DNA of 64,000 nucleotides. Origin: Raillietiella orientalis. Taxonomy: Eukaryota. The stretch spans positions 6,262,001-6,326,000 of the forward strand of contig JAYWIR010000001.1 in assembly GCA_036172245.1 (NCBI GenBank), written 5' to 3'. Below, piece after piece: positions 26,801 to 40,500 of this stretch. The notes under the pieces were generated by a model. That model did no database searches and had not been told where the DNA came from. It saw only the letters and a list, made by a program, of their open reading frames with translations. Each line of letters begins with the position of its first letter. Position 1 is the stretch's first letter. The position numbers were made by a program, and so were the translations under genes.

Positions 26801-29800
26801 TTTCAAAGTGCTACCAGCTCGTGCTCCGTGTTGTACCGAGTCTTTTGAGAGTCTCTTTCCAGATCACCGGCTTGGCCTCAGCGAGCATATTCGGGCGAGA
26901 ATAGAAAACGTAGAAATCGCCTATGAACAGCTGTTTCAGCTGGCATGTAAACGGAAAACGCTTCTCCAAGATGCTGTGGATTCGTTCGCCTTCTATCGTG
27001 AATGCGACGACATAGAAAACTGGATAAAGGAGCAAAAGAATTTAGTCAGGCTTGTTGAAGAAACACAAGATATAGCCACGAGAAAGTCTCTTCTCGAGGT
27101 CAGTGGCGACAGATCTCAGCAATTCCAGCATCATCAACTGATCTGAATTTCAGAAGCTGCTGATGAACACGTCTGTAACCAACAATAAGATAAATCAGAT
27201 CTACAAGAGAGAAGCAGATCTTGAAAACAACAGTCAGAAAGATGAAATACATTATAGGGCACAGCTCATCTCTAGAGAATGGGATTATTTGAATAAAATG
27301 AAGCACAAAATGGAAAAGACACTGGAAGGCGCCGTGAGGTATGCCTCCTCAAGCGTAAAACTTTATGTCGAAACTTGCATTAATGTAGTATTTCTTCCGT
27401 GATTTCTCATTACTACTTCAGTACTACTATGTATTGCATGTGATCCGTAGTTTGGAAGTCTTCAATCGCAATTACGAGGAATCGATAGATTGGATACAAG
27501 ACAAGGCAGCGAAATTGGACCTAAATGAAGCAAAACCAGACCTGAAGACAATGGATGCTTTGCAGAGGCAGCAGCAGCACTTAGAGAGGGAACTAGCACC
27601 CATTGAGGAAAAGTTCAAATTGGTCAAATTATTAGCTACTTCGTAAGTTGCTTTTCAACAAACTCTGTTATGATTGCGCGAAAATCCGCTTCGGCCCATA
27701 ATGAGACGGAAGCAGCGCCCAAGCGTCGTTTCCTTAGTTTCGTTTTCTGTCTTTAGCGCCCAAGCAGCGTACCCGCAAGAGTCGGAACGCATCTGCATGC
27801 AGAAGAAGCGGCTGGAGGAACTCTGGGAGAACCTGAAGGTAAAGAGCGACGCGCGGCAGAGAGGCTCAATTTGCATATGCTTTCCCTTTTCCGCAGAACC
27901 AGGCTCTGGAAAGAAAGCACAGACTGGAAGAAGCCGTAGGTCAGCAAATCTTCCTGAACAGCTACGACATGTTGGTAAGCGTCCGCCGCGTACGGGAGGA
28001 GGAGGGAGGCCGTTTGTTTGTTTGCCTTCGCCAGCTGTCCTGGGTCGCATCCAAGAAGGAAAGGATGAGGGGCGACCGGAACGGCAGAGACATCGAAGCG
28101 GTCGAGGATTCGCTCAAGCAACACGCCGACCTGGGAGAGGAGATCCAGGCGCGCCAGGACGAGTACTATGGCGTGTTGCGCTGGGAGCGAGCGCCGCTAA
28201 CGGGGGAACCAGCTTCTCCGATCTGATCGCGCTAGGCAACAAGCTGCTGCGACAGGCGCCGCCCGACGCGCAAGAGATCAGCAGCCGCGTGTCGACTCTC
28301 GAAGACGAACGGCTCATCGTGTGGCAAACGTGGAGGGACAAGAAGGTGTGGCTGCAGCATTGGAAGCAGCTGCAGCTGTTCACCAAGGAGGCCGACAAGC
28401 TGGACGCCGCCTTGGCGGCCCACGAAACGTTTCTGGACGCGCAGGAGCTGGGCGTACGTAGCGGTGGCGCTTCCGGGGGCTGTGAGCGCTCGAGGGGACG
28501 GGATGGAAGCGGGGAAGAGGAGGAGCGGGCCTCACGCTCACTGGCCGCCGCCTTCGCTCAGGAGACGTACGACGACACGGAAAGTTTGTCGAAACGACAG
28601 GAAGACTTCGAAAACAGGATGTACATCCTGGAGGACAAGACGAGGCTGTACAACGATCTGGCGGACAGACTGCTAGCGGATAGGCACTACGCCAGCCAGC
28701 AGTGGGTATCGCCGCGTGCGGACGCCTCACGTCCGCTGTCTTTCCCTGCGTGCGTTGCAGCATCGACTGCAGGAGGAACGCCACTCTGTCGCGACTGCAG
28801 ACGATCAAAGAGAAGAACGCTTTCAGGAAGTCGCAGCTTCTCCTCATGAAAGAATTTCACGAGTTCGTGACCAACATCGACGAGCTGCAGGAATGGATCT
28901 CCATCAAGAGGAAGCTCATCGCGGACCGGTCGCACAAAGGCGTGAACAACGTGAAGAGGGAACTGCAGAAGCACCAAGCGTGCGAAAGCGAACTGCGCGC
29001 CAACGAGAACCGGATCCGCGACGTGAACAAGGTCGGTAGTGGTCGGCCGGGCGCCGGAAGCACCCCGGTCCGATGCAGGCCAGCCAAAGCTTGAAGAAGA
29101 GGTGCTCTTCCAAGGAGGAAACGATCGCTTCGCTCGCTTCCAGTCTTCAGCAGCAGTGGGACGAGCTGTGCGAGTTGGCCAGGAGTCGGAGTAAAAAACT
29201 GAGGCAGGCTGCGTCGCAAAGCGAATACAACAAGTAACGTTCTGTCGGCCGTGTTTACGCGCCACGAAAGTGTTCGCGCGCCGCTTTCAGATTAGCCGAC
29301 GAAATCGCACTCAAGCTGAAGAGTATCGAGGGGTCGCTGTCATCGAGCGACTTGGGTGAAGATTCGAGGCACTGCAGGCGGTTGATCAACGACCTGCAGG
29401 TTTTTGGCTTTCTTTTTTTTTGTGTGCGTGTGTGTGTTTTCTTCTTCTTGTTGTTTTTTTCGCTTTTCGCTTTTGCTTTCGTATCGGGCAAGCATTGTCC
29501 TTCCACGCAATCAGAAACTGAAGAAGGAAGCAGATCTGTGCGAACTGCACATCCTCAACTTGGTGAACATCGGAGAAGCCATGATACACGACGACCACTT
29601 CGATTCGGCCAACATCGCCTCCGCGAACAAGGAACTGCTAAGGAGGTGCTGTTTTTTCTTGTGCCCCCGCGAAAGCAAAAGCGCGACTTGCCGAGCAGAT
29701 ACCATGCGCTGAAAGGCCCTTTCAACGAGCGCCTCCGATGCCTGGAGGAATCGCTAAAGTTCCACGAGTTCCTTCGCGAGATCGACGCGACGAAGCAGTG

Positions 29801-32800
29801 GATCAAAGAGCACGAGATGGCCATATCGAACACGGTGCTGGGCCACACGTTGCACGAGGCGGAATCGATTACCAAAAAGCACGGGAAGATGAGGTCGGAG
29901 GTGCAGTGTCACCGCTCCACCATCGGCAAGCTGACGAACAAAGGAGACGACCTGGTGCAGCGTGGGCATCCCGAATCGAGCAAAGTAGGCGTAGGTGGAT
30001 TCTGGCAGTCCGCCCACGCGCAGGTTTCCTTCCGTTGCAGATAAACGCCGCTTGCCATCAGCTACGAGCCAACTGGGAAGAGCTGTTGGCGAAGTTGAAC
30101 AATCTCGGCAGGCAGCTGGAAACGTCTTTGAAGGCCCATCAGTTTATCTCCGACGCAAACGACATTGAGATCTGGATGAACGAGAAGAAGAACATTCTGA
30201 ACATGCAGGAGTTCGGCAAGGACGAGAACGCCACGATCAATTGCCTGAGCAAGCACAAGGTGGGAGTAGGTCGGGCGTGCTCGCCGAGCCTCTCCGAACG
30301 GCCCGTTGCAGGCCTTCGAGCTAGAGGTGGATTCGTACGAAGGGCTGATCAACGAGATGAGCAGCATCGCACAGGGCATGATCAGCGCTTCAATCCCCGA
30401 AGCAGCGCGCATACAGGAGAAGAACGAGTTGCTGAACAGGGAAATCAAGAACCTGCAGAAGTTGGCGGGCGTTCGCCGCAAGAAGCTCATCGAGACCCTT
30501 TACCACCACGAGTACGCCCACGAAAGCGAAGAACTGAAGAAATGGATCGACGAGCAAGTCGTTCACGCCAGTGCGGAGGACTGCGGCAAAGACTTCGAGC
30601 ACTTTTTGGTAGAGGATGCGCGCGCCGCTGCCGAGCTCACCACCCGTATTTCAGATTCTTCTCAGCAAGTTCAACGAGCTCAAAGTTCGCGTGGACAGCG
30701 GCTTCGAACGGCTGAAAATATGTGAAAGCCTTGCGAGGAAGATACTGGAATCGGATTCGTTGTCCTTGCAGGACATAGAGTCGGATCTGGAGGAACTACA
30801 GTGGAGTGGAGGCCTTCAATTGACCGAGTTCCGACCTGCTTTCTTTCTAGAAATAAATGGAACGAATTGATCAGCTGCATTCAGATTCGTGATGAAAAAT
30901 TAGCGGCTGCGGAAGAGCTGCATACCTTTAATCGAGATGTTGCGGAAATGTCGGAGCGTATTCTGGAGAAAACAGGCAAGATCGGTGAGGATCTAGGCAA
31001 AGACATACACAGCACAGAAAATCTTATTCGACGACACGAATTGTTTGAGAACGATCTGTTTGTTTTGGAACCTCGATTGCAGGTACTCTTCCGGTCGGTT
31101 TGGCGCTCATGTAAACCTTTGTAATTTCAGATTCTGTTGGACGATTCGTCCAGACTGTTGCAGAAAAGTCCAGAAGCCAGAGCTCACTTGACACGTCAGA
31201 AACAGGCACTCATCAGTGAGCAGTGGAACGCTCTTCAAGTCAAATCTAATAACCGTCGGCAAACTCTTCAAGCCTCTCTGATGTTTCAGAAATTTACATC
31301 CCTGGTATATAAAAGGAACTTTAATCCAGAAATGTCTTGAACTTTCCGTGAATGTTTGTTTGCGTTTGGTATTTTTCCGAGAGTTTGCGTTCGAGCAGAA
31401 GGCACATTTTAACCAATGGCATATTAGGTTTCCATTCCGTTCTTGCATCGAAGCTTTTTCGATTACGAGCACCTCTCAAACCGGTGCTAATTGGTTCTTT
31501 TGGATGCTTCTCTGAACGCACAGTTCCTCCACCTCATTATTCTTCATAAATTTTCGGAACACTCTGGCTGTTGGACCATTTTATAGAGGGCTACTAAACG
31601 TTTGTTGCAGGTTCGAGATCTGACAAGCTGGTCGGAAAACCTGTGCGTGTACATGATGGCTGAAAGGAAAGTGTACGACGAAACAACGTCTCTCATGCTG
31701 AAATCCGAACACAACCAACTCAAGGCAGAAATCGATAGCCGAGAGAACAACTTCCAATCTTGCATACAATTGGGAGACACTTTGATTTCAGAATCGCATT
31801 ATGCATCCCAGGTACATTTTCCCCTACTGTATTCTAACGAGCAGAAATGGTCAGGAGATAAAAGAAAAAGTCCGAAACCTAGCGGAAGCCCGAAGGAAAC
31901 TGCATGATACTTGGCAGTCAAGTAAAAGCCACTTAGATCAGTTGGTTGATCTTCATTTTTTTACACGTGATGCAAAATTTTTGGAAAGAGCTTATGTGAC
32001 GCAAGAGGTTGGTTGGTTTCCATTTGATGCATTGAACTTCTGCGGTGCTACTACGAATAGGCTTACTTGAACAGCTCTTCCGATTGCAATAGCGTGCAAG
32101 AAGCAGTCGCCCACAGCAAAAAACACGAGGCCTTCGAAAAGCTGTTTGCAACGCAGGAGAGCAAATTAATAGCATTGCAAAATTTCGGAAATCAGCTGAT
32201 TCAGAAAAGACACTTCGATTCTCAAAACATACGTAAACGGATGGATGACATCAGCACGAGAAATCAGAGCCTGAAAGATTCGGCCAAGTTGAAAAAGCAA
32301 GAACTAATTGACGCTTTACTGTTTGCTCGATTCCAAGAAGATATTGAAGAGGTAAAGAGTTGCAGCTGCGTTCGGGCTTAAGGGACATTCGTATCGCAGG
32401 TTGATGTTTGGATCGAGGACAAGGAGAAAAAGTTGCAAGCGGAAATGGAAAAAACCGAAAAGCTCGCATCTCTCGAAGATAAAATTCGGAAATTGAAGAG
32501 ACACCAAGCATTCCAGGCCGAATTAGATTGCCATGAACCAATACTGAAAGAAATCGGCTGCAAAGGTACGTGTGTACAAGTTCATTCCTTGAATTCCTTA
32601 AAATTTTTTCTAGGAAACACGCTTTTGCAGAAGCATCATAACGCATCTTCTGAAATCAGACAACGGATGGATGTACTGTTCCAGAAATGGAACAAACTGT
32701 TGCAGAATTCGTCCATCTGTTACAGAGGTCTGGAAGAAGCACAAGACATCCTAGATTTCAATAACTACGTTGAAAAAGTGGAGACGTGGATACGGCAGAA

Positions 32801-34476
32801 AGTGTGTAACATGTTATGCTTTCACGGTTCATTTGGAACATCTCGTGTTGGGATGGCTAAGATGCTGAAGCTGTAATGGGTGCTTTGCGGCAAACAGCCT
32901 TCGATGATGCCATTAGCTAAACTGCATTCATACACTACTGCATCGGAATAGGGCGATCACCTTCGCAAATACGTTTTTTTCTTTTTAACCGCGAGCATCG
33001 ATCTCCATTAACCACATGGTGATAATCATATTCCCACACAACCGTTACTCCTATCCCCATAGCCATCACCCATCGTCAGTAGCATTTAAGAACCTAAAAA
33101 CACATTGCTTTCCCATAACCAGCCCACGGTTTCCTGCAGGTCTGTTCCTGCTACCCCGGGAACCTTAGAACCGCTGAAGAAACAAGCTGTCTCGATCCCA
33201 ATCCAGCATTCCTTCCCACCTCCTCGCTTCTCCCCCCGTCAACCGTTGGATACTCCTTAACCGCTCTCCTCATCAACATCTACCATGTCTTCAACTCCTC
33301 AAGCCGAGCATCATGCTCCTTCCATAAAATGACCTTTTCTGTGTATACTGAAAAACAGCAAAAACTTGCCAAAGGCTTATGCCTTTGGCATACCATGCTC
33401 GAGTTGCCTGACCCTTCGTTTGTTCAAAGTTGTACGTTTTCGTCCAGTTGGGAATTTCAGCTGTAATGTATACCAAAGCTAAAGATTGAGATAAGCATCT
33501 GCATACCAATGCAAAGCGCAATGAATTTGCAACGAATGATTTACACTGCGCGCATCAAACTCTTCATAGCCGACATTTTTAACCCGAAATCATATTGTAA
33601 ATCGTTTTTTGAAATGCAGTTTTCATAAAAACTATGATTCCACTATCAAACGTGTTTGAATCCCTTCCTTCCCCTCCCTCCCTCCCCTGCCCCATCATTC
33701 CGGAGATAGAGGGAAACTGTTGTTCCTGAAATTTGTGTAAATCGGTGTTCGTGTTATGTAGCCATGTTGCTCACCCTAATTTGCCTCGGCCTTTCCGTGT
33801 GCTTGATAATGACCTGCAGATTTGCAGTGTCTCTGTGCATAAATGAATGGGGAAGGAAAAAATTCCTGTCTAACCGGTACCTGCTTCCAACAACAAAAAA
33901 AAAAAAAAAAACGAGGGGATGATTTCGGACGATTTCATGAGAAAATTATTTGTACTTATCGTAGGAGGTGATGATAGCAGCGGGAGAAATGGGCAACGAT
34001 TTCGAGCACTGCCTTTCGTTATTGAGAAAATTGGATGATTTGGACTCCAACATGAAGGTTGACGATTTGCAAATGAAAGCGATCAACACCCTGGCCAACA
34101 AACTCATCAAGCAAAACAGAAACGACCCCCATTCCATACTGTTGAAACTGCAGGAACTCAATGAAAAGTGGGTGACTCTTTGAACGGTTCGAGAATCTCG
34201 CGTTTAGGTGGAAATCCCTGCAAGCCGCGTTGCGGGAATACCGGGAGCATTTGGTCGGGGCTTCTGAGATACATGCCTTCCACCGCGACCTCGACGACGT
34301 GAACCACCGCATACATGAGAAGAGCATGCTCCTCTCCAACGAGGAATCCGGCAAAGATGTGGCATCCGTGGAATCCTTGCAAAGAAAGCTAGAAATCAAG
34401 GAAAAAAATAAAAATGCGATCGGACAGAAAATAACTGTGAGTTTGGATCTGCTGAAGTAAAAAAAGAAAGAAAGCT

Positions 34477-34520
<44 letters not shown>

Positions 34521-37500
34521 AAAAGAAATAACTTACCGACTTTCATTCCTCCTTTGTTCTTCCGCTTCAGGTGTTAAAGAAGGAAGCACAGGTTTTAAGC
34601 AAAAAGTATCCGGATATGAATGCCCAGATCAACAAAAAAGTTTCTGAGTTAAACGATAATTGGAACCTCTTGCACCAACTGTTCGAAAGGCGGAAGGAAA
34701 CCCTTCAGTTTTCATACATCGTGCAGAAATACTTGCAGAACCTGAAGCAGTACGAAAGTAAAGCAGAGACCATCAAGAAGAGAATCAACTCGATTTCCGT
34801 CCCGACCGATATCAAAGAGGCGAAAGTGTATTTGCATCAGCATCAGGAAATCAAAGTACCGTGTTTCTCTCAGTCTGTGTAAAATGACATGTAACGTATT
34901 CAGCGTGACATTGAGGGAGCCGAGCAGACCTACAGGAAGCTTCAGGAACAGGGAGCTCATATCGTGCATCCCGATCCTCCTGTTATGGAGACCATCCGTA
35001 AAAGCATGGACCACCTGAAACGCATCAAAGACGACCTGGAAAAGGAATGGCAGAAGAAAGACGTCTTTCTGAATCAAGCGCTCTCTGCTCAGCAGTTCTA
35101 CCAGCTGGCAGACTTCACAGAGGACTGGCTGTCGACAGCAGCGGCATTCGCGAATAACGAAGATTTGGGCGTGAGCACTCGATTCTTCCATCCCCTTTTC
35201 GCGCAGCCTCCCGAAGCAAATCCAGCAAGCAGCATTTACTTCTCTCTTTTCAAGGATTCGATGTCCGCGACGGAACTGCTGATACGCAAGCTCGAAGCCT
35301 TTGAAAAAACTTTCGACACTCACGCGGACAAAATAACGCACTTGCAGATGGTTGGGGATGATTTGCTGACGAACGATCATTACGATTCTGACGGCATAAA
35401 GAAGAGGATACAGAACATTTGCGAGAAGCAAAGGTCACTGATGGAAAAAATTGGTTTCAGGAAAAAGAGGCTGCAAGAATCCAAACTTCTGAAACAGTTT
35501 CAGTATAAGATGTACGAGGTAAGGTCCTGCAAATCTGTGCCACAGCAGAGGAGTCGTGCTTTGCCGCCCATCCTTTGGACGAATGGAACCCTCTGTGCTT
35601 TTGCGTGGCTCTGTGTGTGAATTCCGATAATCCCCCCCCCCCCTTTTGTTTTTCACCAACAACAACCGATCTCTTTCGGTTACGACTTGCTCTAACCAAA
35701 GGCAGCCGCTCCCATAGCTTCTGGACATTAAGTAGTCACCTTTTCCTGTTCATTTATCTAACCGTACAAAGGAATAGATACATTTCTGTTTGCCGTATGC
35801 TGGAAACCCTAGGTGGGCGCCAGAAGCATTTCGAATCTTGGCGCAGGATGACACTCAACGTCTTGAGCACAAACATTCGAGCTTCATTTCTTGTGGCATT
35901 CATCACAGGTCGATCACTCGTGTTCTTTTAACCGTCTTTCACGTGTGTGCTCTTCGCAACCCGAAGCCACGCTTGCTTCCGGTGCCAGGTGACCACGACC
36001 ACTGCTAGATGTACGCCTGGTCACCCGCTCATCCGTCCTTCCCGATCACACGGACACTCACGAATCGGACACGTGGTTTTCCGGTTCTTCTGACTTTGCT
36101 TCTCGTTTTCCTTCTTCCGGTTAGCATCTCAGTTTTTTCTTTTTTTGCCGATGATTTCTTGTTTCGTACCTGATTTCAGCTTACTTTTTCCCGCATGAGC
36201 AGCATAGTCCTGTGCTTTCTTGGAAATGCTCTCTACAAAGCCGCTACTAGTACTTTTCAGTCCCATTAGTTATTGGCTCGCATTCCCCCCCCCCTCCCCC
36301 AATCTTTAGCGTCGAAGTGACCCAAAATATCAAACGGAATAATGCCTATCGGCATCGTCGTCTCTGATGCGCTGCGAGCACCTTTGACCACTACGAGGTC
36401 ACTTTGGTGCCTTCATTTACGCGGAATTGTACTGCTCCTTCGGCGATTCGTTGGCAGGGATGTAAAGTCCTCATTTCGCTGCATCTCAATTCAACCCCCC
36501 CATTTCCCCGTTTTGATAAACTCCTGATCCCCACTGCATAAGCAGAGCAGAAACGGCCCTGCTTCCATGCGATGAAGATCTTGGGGGCTCTGTGAAAAGC
36601 GTGAGGACCGGGTGATTGGGAAGTGTTGGCCACAACTCGCACTAAATAGAGCTGAATTTGTCTTTTGCCCCCTCTGTTTCCATTTTGCTATTTCACACTT
36701 TAACGAAATCTAAATTTCGTGCTCAAAGGATCCCTGATTTGAAAAAAAAAAAAAAATCGGTTTTCCTTCATTCGTAGAATGTTTTAGGTTTCTTGTTGTT
36801 GTTTTCCTCGGGAGGCCTACTTGAACACATTACTATTATTATTCCGATGCCTGGTGCATTCTGCTATTCAGCTAAGGTGACCAACATTGATAGTTTCCCT
36901 TGATGTAGATAAATGCATGGATTTCCGAAAAACTTCAAGTTGCATCGGAAGAACATTACAAGGACTTGACGAATCTACAAAGCAAGATACAAAAGCATCA
37001 AGAATTCGAGGCCGAAATCCTTGCCAATGAGGCACGGGTTCAAAACGTCATTTCCGAAGGCCGCAAATCAATTGAGAAATATGATCTACTGAAAACAGAA
37101 ATCCAAACTAAAGTTGAAGAATTAAATCAATTATGGATGGAGCTACTAACCGCCACCCAAATTAAGAAGAATGGCTTACAAGAAGCTTATGAGGTTGGGT
37201 AGCATTTTAAACTGACCTCTAAATACAGTACCTAGGCACTGCTGTTTAACAATTCCATAGATGATATGGAACTATGGATGAGTGATGTGGAGGCACAAAT
37301 TTTGTCAACTGACCATGGTAAAGATCTGATTAGTGTTCAGAAGCTGTTGAACAGACACAAGAATCTCGAGAATGATGTCCACCAGAGTAATCAGAAGATT
37401 GAACAAATAAAAAATACAGCTGATAAGTTTTTGGCATCTCAACATTTCATGAGGGAGGAACTTTATGTCAGAGCCACAGCCATCGTAAGAAAGTAAGACT

Positions 37501-40500
37501 TCATCTAGTTACGTATGTGTTGACTGTGGTGTCTGGGTTACAGGTATTATTCCCTTTCCGAGCCAATGCTCATTCGCAGAGAGAACTTAGAGGACAGTTT
37601 AATTTTTTATGATTTCATCAGAAGTGCAGAAGATGAGTTGCTGTGGCTAAATGAAAAATCATCACTGATCACTTTCTCTTATTTGGGAGGCAGCTTAGCT
37701 GAAGTGCAAAACCTGATCAAAAAGAACCATGTAAGTCCACAAGATTTATGTTCATCAAATACTTATTTCGTTTACTTACTTTCCAGGCTTTAGAAAGTGA
37801 AGTGCAAACACATGAGCCTCTTTCTAGCAACATTATTAGTAGAGGACAACAAATGATCAAGGCCAAGCATTTTGCATCCTCTGAAATCGAATCGAAAATA
37901 CAAGAAATTTTATATGGTCTGCAAGAATTGAAAGGAAAGATGACACTCTACAATGCACAACTACAAGAAGCATTAGAGTTGCAAAAAGTAAGCAAAGCAC
38001 CAAACTGTACACCAAATACCTGGGAACTTGTTACTTTGATTCACGATTTCAGTTTTTCGCGGAACTGCATGAAGTTCAGAACTGGATTGATGAAAAACAT
38101 CTTCTCTTAACACCCATTGAGCATGATAGAGATGAAGCATCCACAATATCCCTACAAAAAAAACTGGATGTATTTTTGAAAGACATAGAAAACTTTGGGG
38201 AGACAATGCAACAGTTAGGCATATCTGCACAAAACCTGTCAACAAAATACGGCTCAGAATCCAAGAGTATACAAAATAAAGAGGTATTAAACGCATCCTT
38301 TTCTTTAATTGCAAATAAAGCTTTTCTTACAGAATGAATTGGAAAACAAATATAGAAGTTTACTTTTATTAGTCAAAGAGCACCAATTAAAACTTTCAAA
38401 TCGCTTAAATTTTCTCCAATTTTTGGATGAGGCAGATAATATTATGGAATGGATTGATGAGCAAGTACAGACAGCATCATCAGAAGACTATGGTCGGGAT
38501 GTAGAGCATGTTGAATTATTAATCCAGAAGTTCCAAATTTTTCTAAACAGTCTTAATGTTAATGAATTCAGAATACATCAATTGCAGAAATTTTTAGAAT
38601 CTTTAGCAAATGACCTACACCCAGAAAGTAACAAATTAAGAAACAGATTCCTTGAAGTTAAGGAGCAATGGGACTCTCTAAAAGAACTTGCTGCAGCTAG
38701 AGAAGAAGTAAGAATTTTGAGTGTATTTTAACTTTGGCACATCTAGCATGACCAAGTTTTTTAAATTACACGTTTTTAGGCTTTAAAAGGTGCCAAACTG
38801 GTCCACATATTTGATAGTGGTGCAGATGAAACTGTTAGCTGGATACAAGAAAAAGATGCTATTTTATCATCAGAAAACTACGGACATGATTTAGACAGCA
38901 TCCAGTATCTTATTCAAAAGCATGAAGGGTTTGAAAGAGATCTTCAAGCAGTAAAAGAAAAGGTAACTTCTTAGAAAAAACATGGGGCTTTTCCAAGTTT
39001 TTTTAGGTGGAAACTCTCAAGTCAGATGCCAAGCAATTAATAACAAAATTCCCAGAAGCAGAATACCATGTCAGCTTAAAAAGTGATGAACTTCTCAAGG
39101 CTTGGAACGAACTTCTACAAAAGTCTAAAATCAGAAAGAATAACCTCAAAGAAGCCGAGAAACTACAGAGCTATTTTGATCACATTAGAGATTTAATGTG
39201 AGTATCATCACGTATAAAGAAAGCCCTTATTTAAATTTGCACTTTGGAAAAAATCAAAAGCACGCTTATGAGTGCATCGAAATAGGAACTCACTGTTTGA
39301 TAATTTGAACGAACAGTCTCTATCCTTTTACATTGATTTAATGTATTGGTAGTGATGATAACTTTAGAAAGTCCGATTCTGGGAGTGCGGTGTGCAATTT
39401 GTTTTAAGATAGATAACATTACTGTTCTCATTTGCTGGCAATAGAGAATCAATGCTATACAAAAAAATTTTTTAAATAGGATTTGGATAAATGAAATGAT
39501 TGCAAGAATAACAGCTCCAGACTTAGCCCGAGATGTACTTGGAGCCCAGTTGTTACTAACCAAGCACAAGGAATACCTTACTGAAATTAATGCTCAGCAA
39601 GAAGATGTGAACAACTTATGTGAAAAAGGAAAGCTGCTTATTTCAGAAGTAAACTGGGCCTCTTTCTTTACAAATTTCTTTCTCCACCAATCACGTTTAC
39701 TAAAGTCATTTTGATGTGAAACTTCTAAGAGAGTAACTACCAAAGGCTTTTCATGAAAGTCTGGAAACTATTTTTTTTCTTCACATTGTGTTTTCAGACA
39801 ATTTTTTTGTTTTTTTGTTTTTTTACATGTTCAAAGCATGATTTTAAAAAGTAGTCAGAAATTTCATGGCTTAATTTTCATTTCACACCTGTTGTTTGCA
39901 GGGTCATTTCATGAGTGAGGACATCACTATACGAGTGGAAGCCTTAAAACAGAGATTTTCAATATTGTTAGAGTTCTGGAAAGACCGTAATAATATTTAC
40001 AATGAAAATTTGGATGTCCAGGTAAACAGGACTGAAACTGTTTTCAAACTTGGTTCATGCGCTTAAGCTTTTTATGCAAGATGCTCATCAGTTGGAGGAA
40101 TGGTTACAGAACAAGGAAACATTGCTGTTCAATAACAACTTAGGAAATAGCATTGAAGAAGTTGAAGAAATAATCAAAGAACATGAAAACTTGGAAAACT
40201 TGATTTGGATTCAAGAAGAAAAATTTGATGTCCTCACCCGTTCAACATTGGTTATATTGTACTCAGAGGTTTCATTTAACTACACTGTGGATTTTTTCTA
40301 GATTGAAGAAGCATTCAAGAGACAGAAACTGAAAGAAGAAGCAGACAAGAAAGTGGAGTCCCAAAGGAAGGAGCAAGAAAGAATTGAAGCTTTAAAAGAA
40401 AAGGAGAAGCAAAGGCTCATTAATGTAAGTTATAAAAAAAAAAAAAAAATGTAGGCACCATCAGTTTGGGGATTGCTGCTTTTCAGGAAAGAAGACAAGA

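Noticed and set aside
33367..33390. Hairpin preceded by CCAAAGGC, resembling a histone stem-loop
   Set aside because: Stem and loop do not match the GGYYCTTTTCAGRGCC consensus, and there is no histone CDS
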